64,000 nt of DNA from Octopus vulgaris. Taxonomy: Eukaryota. The stretch covers positions 6,138,001 through 6,202,000 of the forward strand of contig OX597839.1 in the NCBI GenBank assembly GCA_951406725.2, in the 5' to 3' direction. The notes beneath the pieces were generated by a model. That model searched no databases. It was not told the DNA's origin and saw nothing but the letters and a program-made list of their open reading frames with translations. Shown piece by piece: positions 53,701-64,000 of the stretch. The translations under genes and the position numbers were made by a program. Every line of letters starts with the position of its first letter. Position 1 is the stretch's first letter.

Positions 53701-53805
53701 TAATTATAATTATATTATTTGTTATCTATGTTTTGGTTTATGTCTATCACTGTTTGAGTTGCCTAATAGTGGTTTTATCTCTAATTCATATCATATATAT
53801 ATATA

Positions 53806-54015
53806 TTCTTTTACTTGTTTCGGTCATTTGACAGCGGCCATGCAGGAGCACCGTCTTAAAGGGTTTTAGTCGAAGAAATCAACCGCAGGACTCATTTTTC
53901 TTTTGTAAGCCTACTAACTCTATCGGTCTCTTTGGCCGAGCCGCCAAGGTGCCACGCATTGAGACTAAGCTCGGAACCACGAGGCTGGAAAGCAAGTTTC
54001 TTACCACACAGCTAC
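53806..54015 (-). mobile_element. Internally deleted group B SINE
   Basis: Tail part joins the head at CCGCCAAGGTGCCACGCA, skipping the middle. Confidence 0.7.
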
Positions 54016-54447
54016 ATATAATATACATGTTTTTTTTTATTTTATAATTTATTCTAATCCCGTAGAAACCATTTTAAAATTTCATATCTTCTTTTCTTGA
54101 GTTGCCTTTCAGTGATGCCGTTTGTTCATCGTTGCCATTGTTGTTATTGTTCTGTATTCTTTGAAGCACTCTTCTTACTTTCTGCCATAAATTCTGTTCG
54201 TTATTTTTATTTTTGTTTCTGCAGGTTTTAGCTAGAGTGAGAGTCCCTTAAGTCATGTCATGTTAGAGGTATTTTCCTAACGACAAATAATTTCAGTATT
54301 TTTTCTCCCGATTTACGTTTTTTTAAACGAAGTTTACAGCATGAAACATCAATCAAACTCGCTCATCCACTTAAATACACAGTCACGCAGTCAAGCAACC
54401 AGTTATCCAATCCACCAAAGACAAACTATATAGCTCTTGCGATATCT

Positions 54448-54490
<43 letters not shown>

Positions 54491-54849
54491 TGGCAAGCAA
54501 GTAAAAGCGATCAGACTCATCAATCCTGAAGCGTTAAGTAACGTAAAAAAAAATAGCAAAACAAACGTTGAACAAACCATTTGTAATAATAACAAATGAA
54601 CCGACCAGCAAGAGAGAGAAGAATTTCAATGGATTACAATAGAAAATAAAACAAAAACAAAAACAATTCAGAGGGAGAAGAATAGCGAAAGAGAGAGAGA
54701 AGGGAGAGAGAGAGAGCGAGACGAGAAGGATAGAGTGTGAGTGTGTGTATGCCGTAAACATTTGCGTCGGAGAGATGGAGGGTATAAGTATATGTATGTG
54801 TGCACGCGCGTTTATAAGTGTGAGCGTATTATGTGTGAGTGTGTATGTG

Positions 54850-54896
<47 letters not shown>

Positions 54897-54899
54897 TAT

Positions 54900-55298
54900 A
54901 TATAAAAGTGAGGTTGTGTGCTGTCTGTCTCCTACGATTTAGATTCCTAACTACTCCCACATTTTGCGGTGAAGTTTAACCAAAACCGGGTATCTTATAG
55001 TCGGGATTCATATCGAGCCCTTCTGGGTATTAGCGCGCGTCTACGATGAGTCTACGATTAGTCTACGATTTTAAAAAAAATTACCATCCTTTTTTCCCAT
55101 TTTTAATGCATTTTTGGCATATATAAGGGAAGTAACTCTCTAAAAATTTATTATTAAATCTCAGAACGTAAAAAGCTACAGTAACCCCCCCCCCTTGTGG
55201 TCAGCCATATTGAGATGGCTATTATACTTTACATCTCTAAAAATGCTTATATAGTTATTTCCCTTACAAACCCGAGCAACGCCGGGCGATACTGCTAG
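54900..55298 (+). mobile_element. Non-autonomous Helitron, second copy; 5' end obscured by (TA)n
   Basis: Shares GATTTAGATTCCTAACTACTCCCACATTTTGCGGTG and 3' CCCGAGCAACGCCGGGCGATACTGCTAG|T with 20442-20824. Confidence 0.88.
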
Positions 55299-55556
55299 TA
55301 TATATATATATATATAACTATTTTACTTGTTTCAGTCATTTGACTGCAGCCATCCTGGAGCACCACCTTAATGTATGTGTGTGTATATACATAAATATAT
55401 AAATATATATTTATGTATATACACACATATATAAAATATAGTTTGGATCGAATTGTCATCTCGGTTCCATTTTAACAAAACTGTCCGACGAACGGGAACG
55501 TGAAACTCCGAGTAACAGCTTTTGTTAAATTTCTGGTGCTTTTAAATAAAGCATAA

Positions 55557-55596
<40 letters not shown>

Positions 55597-55597
55597 G

Positions 55598-55729
55598 AAC
55601 CACATGGTTCCGGGTTCAGTCCCACTGCGTGGCACCATGGGCAAGAGTCTTTTACTATAGCCACGGGCCGACCAAAGCCTTGTGAGTGGATTTGGTAGAT
55701 GGAAACTCAAAAAGCCCGTCGCATATACG

Positions 55730-55762
<33 letters not shown>

Positions 55763-55984
55763 GTGTATATGTTTGTGAGTCTGTGTTTTTCCCCCTAGCA
55801 TTTGCTTGACAACCGATGCTGGTGTGTTTACGTCCCCGTAACTTAGCGGTTTGGCAAAAGAGATCGATAGAATAAGTACTAGGCTTACAAAGAATATGTC
55901 CTGGGGTCGATTTGCTCGACTAAAAAGGCGGTGCTCCAGCATGGCCACAGTCAAATGACTGAAACAAATAAAAGAGTAAAGAGT
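55598..55984 (+). mobile_element. SINE group B, slightly 5'-truncated
   Basis: AACCACATGGTTCCGGGTTCAGTCCC...GGCGGTGCTCCAGCATGGCCACAGTCAAATGACTGAAAC. Confidence 0.88.
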
Positions 55985-56639
55985 ATATGTTTGTATGTAT
56001 ATATAATGTGTGTGTATGAATATATATATGTGTATGTGTATGCACATGGATGCATGTGTGTGTATGGTGTGTGTACACGCATGTGCTCCTGTGTAAATCT
56101 GCAATCTTCATGAGCGAAAATGTTCGCGTACGTGCGCACGTGTGATTGCTTAGACTTGCTTAGACTCAGCCCTGATTTACTAACATCTTTGTCCAGTTTA
56201 TCACAGAAAACGTAGACACACACACGGTTGCACAAGCATGTATTCGCATGTGGAATGATTTTAGATAAGGGGATGCATACATGTGTTTGAGTATGCGATA
56301 CAATTAAAGCCGGTTATGTTCCGTCGGAATCACCTTCTGGCAAACAAACAAATAACCAAATAAAATAAATACATAAAAACCTCTTGGTTGAGAATGAAAG
56401 CTGTTGTGAGGTAGAAGAGGAGTGTGCCGGGGAAAAACAAGCGAGTTCATTGGGATTCCATGCTGCAAAGCCCTCAATTACGAAGTAAAACCCTTCCAAA
56501 GTATGAACCCTCAAGAGAGACAGATAGGGAGACAAACCAGCTTTGATTCCTCTTGTTTGGTTCTTTTGTGCGGTATTAAGTTAATCTCTCTAACGTTTAG
56601 GACTTATTAGAAGCTGTGAGGAAGAGAGATAGCATGTGC

Positions 56640-56729
<90 letters not shown>

Positions 56730-57221
56730 TGGTGTTGATTTGTTGGTGTTAGTGTGTTGATGATGCGCAGTGGCGTGTTGGCGTTGTTGGTGATGGAGCG
56801 CTTGCCTTTCGGTTTCGGTATACGATAATGTGTTGTGCCGCCGCCGTCGTCGTCGTGAAGTGGTGTTAGTTAAAGTTGGTTTGCGTGTTGGTGTATCGAC
56901 GTTTGTGTGTGTGTATGCTTGTGTAATGGTGTGTGTGTGTGTGTGTGTATGTTTGTGTAATGGTGTGTGTGTGTGTATGTGCGTGTGTACGTATGCATGT
57001 GCTAATGTGTGTAAGTGTATATATGTGGTGGTGTTGCTGGTAGTGTCAGTGGTGGCGTGGTGGGTTGTGTTGTTGCTGTTGTTGTTGTTGGTGGTGGTGG
57101 TGGTAGTGGTGTTGATGGTATGTCCATATCATTTCAATGTAGTGTGTATTGATTGCGAAAGAATGTACTGCGAACATGAAAGCGCGCGAACGAGTGTGTG
57201 TATGATTGTACGCACACACAC

Positions 57222-57249
<28 letters not shown>

Positions 57250-57252
<3 letters not shown>

Positions 57253-57489
57253 CACACGTGTTTGTATGTTTTTATAGATGTGTATGTGTGTGAACGCATG
57301 TGTGCGTATGTGCGAGCACAGATGCGCGTGTGCGTACACAGATGTGTACGTGCATGTGAGCGCACAGATGTGTGTGTATGCGTGCACACGTGTTTGTATG
57401 TGTATAGATGTGTATGTGTGTGAACGCATATGTGTGCGTATTTGCGAGCACAGATGCGCGTGTGCATGTGCGTGCATGTGAGCGCACAG

Positions 57490-57552
<63 letters not shown>

Positions 57553-57560
57553 CGTGCAGA
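57250..57560. repeat. ~130-bp TG-based minisatellite (two to three units)
   Basis: GTGCACACGTGTTTGTATG and GCGAGCACAGATGCGCGTGTG each recur. Confidence 0.8.
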
Positions 57561-58728
57561 TGTGTAAATGGTCACAGTTGCATATATGATCGTGTCTCAG
57601 ATTCGATCGAAGACCACCGAGAGAACGGAATCGTCAAACTTCAGAACGCATATTTTCTCAAAATATGGTGAGGGATATTATTATTAAGAATTTTGTAATG
57701 CATGTATAGATTAGTGGGGCTGGGGGGGGGGGAGCGCAGGGCGGGGAAGAAGGATAAGAATAAGAGAGATATCAAGAAGGAAACCAGAGAGATATATAGG
57801 GCAAGAAAAGAGAGAACAATACAAATATATACAGCAATACAGAAAGGGAGAGAGAAACAAAGAGTAAGAGATAGGCAATAAAATGGGATCGAACATTCTA
57901 GAGAGAGAGAGAGAGACAGAGACAGACAGAGATCAATAAACAAGAGCAATGAAATGAGAGCGCAATGAAGAGAAGGATGAGGGGGGCAGAGTAATAAAGA
58001 TAGAGACATACAGTGTGAGAGAGAGAGGGTGGGGAGAGAGAGTAGGGGAGATGGAATGCGATTAAGGGGAGTAAGGACGCCGAACCGAAGTGTCCTGTAC
58101 GAGCAGGTATGAGAGAGGTGAACGAAAAGGGGTTTAGGAGTTCACTGTCTTTCCCCCTACAGGGGTCAGACGATTAATTCCAACAGAACAGTGAAGTATG
58201 AAAATGTAATATATATATATATATATGTATATATATATGTATATATATATGTATATATATGTATATATATATATATGTATATATATATATGTATATATGT
58301 ATATATATATGTATATATATATGTATATATATGTATGTATATATATGTATATATATATGTATATATGTATATATATATGTATATATAACAACAGCAGCAA
58401 AGAAAGAAAAAGGGCAAAACAGACACAAAAACTCACCCAGAAAAATTATTGTCCTGAGGGAGGGAAGGAGAGAGATGAAGGTGCAGAAGAGGAAGGAGAA
58501 GGGGAGATAAGGAGGTGGAGGAGGAGAAGAAGAAGATTGTTGCTGCCACCATACATACATTAATTTGGCAAAGTCCATTAAAGGCAAGAAAGAAAAAAGA
58601 AAAATGTATGAGGAGAGACACCATTATGAACCAAGAGCAGGGAGAGAACGTGTGGAGAGCAGAGCAGAGCAGAAACTACAAGCTGGCAAAGACCACCAAC
58701 ACAAAGACTCTCTCTCTCTCTCTCACGA

Positions 58729-59380
<652 letters not shown>

Positions 59381-60001
59381 AATGAAAGTGCGTGGGAAAA
59401 CTAGCAGCCAAACACACACACACACACACACACAAAGCAGAAAGTAAAGAAAACCACAACCAAATCTTGAACAGAAGACAAACTTATGGTGGTGGGCATG
59501 GGCTTGCTATTATTATTATGGAAGTGCCTGGTCATAATTGCTGCAAATATTGCACAGCAAAAGGCATTACATTATGTTTATACACCAGTGTGTGTGTATG
59601 TGTGTGTGTGTGGTAAGAATATCTACACGCTGTATATGGGTGTTTATGGAGTAATATATAAATCGATACTACATCAACTTGGCACTTTCGCCTTAAATAT
59701 CAATCTCTCTCTCTCTCATCCAAACACACGAAAAACACACAGATAATCTTAACAGCCACCGCAAATACAAGCATATACATACACAGGTGGTAAATTATCT
59801 GCAAGTACGGCTAACTTAAATAGTAATTAAAAGAGAAGATTAATAATCCTAGAAAGAGGGGACACGAAGGACGGGCGGTGGGGGTGGGGGGGAATGTGCC
59901 AGAGTTGAAAAATAGGGGAGAAAGAAATAAAGGGAACAATTGAGAACTAAAAAAGCATGAGGATAAAAAAAAGAAATCCCACAGTGTGTGTGTGTGTGCG
60001 T

Positions 60002-60037
<36 letters not shown>

Positions 60038-60094
60038 ATAGCCGTATGGATATACATGTGCGTATGTATTCATACACCTATATGCATAATAATG

Positions 60095-60424
60095 TGTATG
60101 TATATATGTGTGTGTGTATATATGCGTAGGTGTCTGTGTTTTTGTGTAGGTATATATGTATATATGTGTGTGTATATATGCACATGTGTCTGTGTTTTTG
60201 TGTATGTATATATGTGTGTGTGTGTGTGTGTGTATGCACATGTGTCTGAGTTTTTGTGTATGTATATATGTATATGTGTGTGTGTATATATGCGTAGGTG
60301 TCTGTATTTTTGTGTATGTATATATGCATGTGTGTGTGTGTGTGTATATATGCGTATGTGTCTGTGTTTTTATGTATATATGTGTGTGTGTGTGTATATA
60401 TGTGTATGTGTCTGTGTTTTTATG

Positions 60425-60455
<31 letters not shown>

Positions 60456-60660
60456 ATATGCACATGTGTCTGAGTTTTTGTGTATGTATATATGTATATA
60501 TGTATATGTGTGTGTATATAGGCACATGTGTTTGTGTTTTTGTGTATGTATATATGCATGTGTGTGTGTATATATGCGTAGGTGTCTGTATTTTTGTATA
60601 TGTATATATGCATATGTGTGTGTATATATATGCGTAGGTGTCTGTGTTTTTGTGTAGGTA
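60095..60660. repeat. ~55-65-bp minisatellite built from TA/TG runs plus GTGTCTG(T/A)GTTTTTGTGTA
   Basis: About ten units with GCGTAGGTGTCTG or GCACATGTGTCTG variants. Confidence 0.85.
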
Positions 60661-60781
60661 TGCATGCGTATGTATATATATATATCGGTATGCCTATGTG
60701 CGTAAGTAGGTTGAGTATAAGCGTATGCGTATACATGTATAAATATACGTATACAAATGTACGTACGATTATGTATGTGCA

Positions 60782-60831
<50 letters not shown>

Positions 60832-61241
60832 CATTAAGTATGTATTTTTGAGTATGGGTTATGGGTGTACATATATACACAGTTTATGTAGCCAATATGC
60901 TGATTGTTCTTACAATTATTTGTTGGTTGTTGGGGTTTTTTTTTTCAAAGTGAATTTATTTCTTATCTTCCAACGGCGAAATTCTTGCCATGCGCGGTTT
61001 GAGCAGTGAGCTGCTGCGAGAGAGTGAGATGAAGGGGGGGATTAAGGAAAGAAATATAGGTAGGAATGAGAGAGAGAGAGAGAAAGGGGTGGGGAGAAGT
61101 GAGATTTAGGGAAAGAGAGTGAAAGACTAGATAAATGAGAGAGAGTGTGTGTGTAGGAACGCAGAAAGATAGATAGGTAGGAACGGAACGAGGCGAGGCG
61201 AGATGGGGGAGAAAAAGATGGTTAGGAACAGAAAAAGAAAC

Positions 61242-61290
<49 letters not shown>

Positions 61291-62793
61291 GTGAGATTAG
61301 GGAGCGGGAGCGACGAAATTAAGGAATAAGAAAGGGGGAATAAACGAAAGAAAGACAGGAAGGAATGGTGCGAGTGGAGAGAGTGAAATGAGATTAGGGA
61401 ATGAGGAGAGAGGATTAGGGGAAAGAAGGATATGTAGGGAAGGGGGGAGACAGACAGAAAGAGCTTATTTACTGTCCAATATTATTGCCGTTATTTTCAT
61501 GTTTTTCATGTTCCAGTTGTGAAGCAGTGTAAATGATAGAATGTGCTTGATGGAAGAATAATCTCTAATGTTTCTTTTCTCTTTTTTTTTTTATCCCTTT
61601 TTTTCTTTTCGGAATGGGAAATGTGATTTTTGTTTTGATTACATATATTGTTTATTGTTTGTTTGTCCCCCCCCCCACACACACAGTTACCAACACTGCA
61701 ACAAATATTTCAGTTGTTTCTTTCATTTGTTTATCTCAGTCATTGCTATTTGCCGTGGTTGGTGCCAATGTAATATATACTGCACAGACAACAACAAAAA
61801 ATAAATAAATAAATAAATAAATAAATATATGCAGTTACGTAATATCCATTCGGCGAATCCTTTGAAACATGTGTAGTGCGTAACTACCCACTCCATCTCC
61901 CTCACCCACGGATTTATTATCGCATAATTAACAATTTTTGTTGCTATACACTAAAGTTGTATTGAGGCGGTCATCTTGTTGGAATTTCTATCCAATTCGA
62001 TGTGGGACGAAGTGTATAGGATGCATTGATCAATGAAATTTATTGGTGTATTATCATGTACTTTGTGCTAGCTATCTATACAAGCCTTGTCACTGCTTGA
62101 GGCTAAACAACTGTCTGCATCATGGCCATATTGGATCTCAATAATTCTTAATTATTGTGTGTATGTGTATAGTATTTTTAAGGAAACAGGTGAAAACAGA
62201 TATACATATATATTGATAAATGATGTGAGTGTGTAGAGGGGTGACGAAGCTCGAAAACAGCGAGAAGTCATTAGCGGGAATCTTAAGGGCTTAGCGTTTT
62301 TATCCCTAAGGTTAGCCTTCAAAATCATTTGAAAAATTTCGACCATAATTTCTTTCTTTTCTTCTCTTTATTTTTCATTCAGTGTGTGTTTAATATTATA
62401 TAATCCAATACACACACTTTGCTCTTCAATTAAGGCGGGAGGATTTCGTTACTTTTTCTTTGAGGATGACATGGGATATAGGAGTTATTTCTTGCAAGCC
62501 TACTGACCGCCGCGTGTGCACGCTCCCTCGATAAAGTGTTTATGTGTAGTAGTGCACACTTGACATTTCAGGCCATGTATGAGATATACAATCAATGAAG
62601 GGATGACGAATCGATGCTGAACGGAAGTTTCGGAAAGGAAAGAAGGAAATATGAAAAATGAATGCGTGTTTATGCAATGAAGAATAAAGAAAACCTTATT
62701 TTAAAATTAAGCACATTTCGATCCCTAAATAATTTTGGTATTGAACGGTAAGGAACATTTACACACCTATGTAAGTACATATATATATATATA

Positions 62794-62848
<55 letters not shown>

Positions 62849-63429
62849 GTATACATATATAGGTATGCGTCTATATAAAATATACAGGCATATATAAGCA
62901 TAAGGATGCATACATACGTAAACGTGTATGTGTGTGTATGTATACATACACACACAGACACGTACACAAAATGCATGCCGACTAATAAGACGATGGTAGA
63001 GCTTAAATGGATAAATAGAAACAACAGGTATGTCTATGGACAATACTATACTCCACGCTAATGGAGGCGTCTCGTATGTACCTGTTAAGGTCTTTTATTT
63101 TTCTTGATAATTTCTTTTGATCGTCTTATAAACCGTTGCACATACCTGTATATGCGTCTATATGTGTGTGTGTACGTGTAAACAAAATTGAAAAAGGAAA
63201 CTTTGGCTCACCCCATCGCCTTTATCCGAATCTGGATATTTCGTCCATTTTAGTGTTGCTGTCCTCCTAGTGTTCAATAACTCTACTGCAAGTGGGAAAA
63301 AGAAAGAAAAAACAGATTAGCAAAGCAATAAAAAATATTATGCAGCATTGTAACATACAACATCCAAAAAAGAATTCATTAAATACATTTAGCAAACCAT
63401 TATATATTATCATTTTACATTTAGTAAAC

Positions 63430-63790
63430 CGTTACATATTTTACAACTCTCATCATCAGCTTCCAGCTGGAGTACACAGCGGTTTTGGCACCAGAAGACA
63501 GAACCACTTCGTCCGGCAATGCAATGCAGGATTAACGATAGCCAGGAATACCAGGGTAATTTCGGTCTGCTGTAGCATTCATGCAACCACCAGAACAAGC
63601 TGGGTGCAGGTATACCTACTGCAACTATGTTTTACAACTCACAGCGAAACTACTCCATGCTCTGAGCTTTGGCCTTCTTCTTACAAACATCTGCCATAAC
63701 CATTTCAAATCATCTAATTCCCTTTCCAACTCAGAAATTATGTCATGCTTCCTTTCTTAAGTGCAATTTTGGCCGTGTCTAGTCACAAAC
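63430..63790 (-). pseudogene. Possible decayed RTE AP-endonuclease N-terminal fragment
   Basis: Minus strand broken frames SELERELDDLKW...ADVCKKK...AIVNPAL...NRCVLQLE resemble the RTE APE pattern EL....WDIIGLSEVR...GVGFIV...S.R...L.L. Confidence 0.35.
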
Positions 63791-64000
63791 CCATGACATC
63801 CCACCTTTGTTAGTGGTAGTATTCACTGTTTCCATTCATGTTTGGGACATCACCTTACGTGTTTAGTCGACCTCTACAGTACGTATTTCCGTTAAGTACG
63901 AATTTTATCTTAGCCACTTATTGATTGACCAAGTTTCACGTTACGACACAGCGTCTTTTGTGGGGTTTTTTTACTTCAGTTTTTATGTCCACACACACTG

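Noticed and set aside
54200-54275. Strong acceptor-like TTTTGTTTCTGCAG followed by a possible GAG|GTATTT donor
   Set aside because: Such motifs are frequent in T-rich DNA; no recognisable coding content

Overview
Eukaryotic, AT-rich non-coding DNA (intergenic or deep intronic) saturated with microsatellites. The SINE repertoire and extreme (TA)n/(TG)n/(AAT)n/(GA)n load point to an octopus (coleoid cephalopod) genome; this is inference. I found no intact host protein-coding gene, and almost all supplied ORFs are translations of simple repeats. The window holds: three abundant tRNA-headed SINE groups, which I label A (RTE-like tail), B (CORE-like box plus internal microsatellite) and C (Meta-domain); decayed RTE LINE and mariner relics; two non-autonomous Helitrons; fold-back MITE-like elements; short Penelope-like elements with hammerhead-ribozyme-like cores; and a ~1.2 kb tandem duplication. 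The most interesting signals are: (1) minimal hammerhead-like cores, two with a shared non-canonical CUGUAGA core, plus an inverted pair; (2) one SINE head joined to at least three different tails at the same breakpoint; (3) the same tail-to-head multimer junction in two independent MetaSINE loci; (4) a bipartite non-autonomous RTE derivative whose probable LINE partner's 3' end is also in the window. All alignments were done by eye, so boundaries are approximate.
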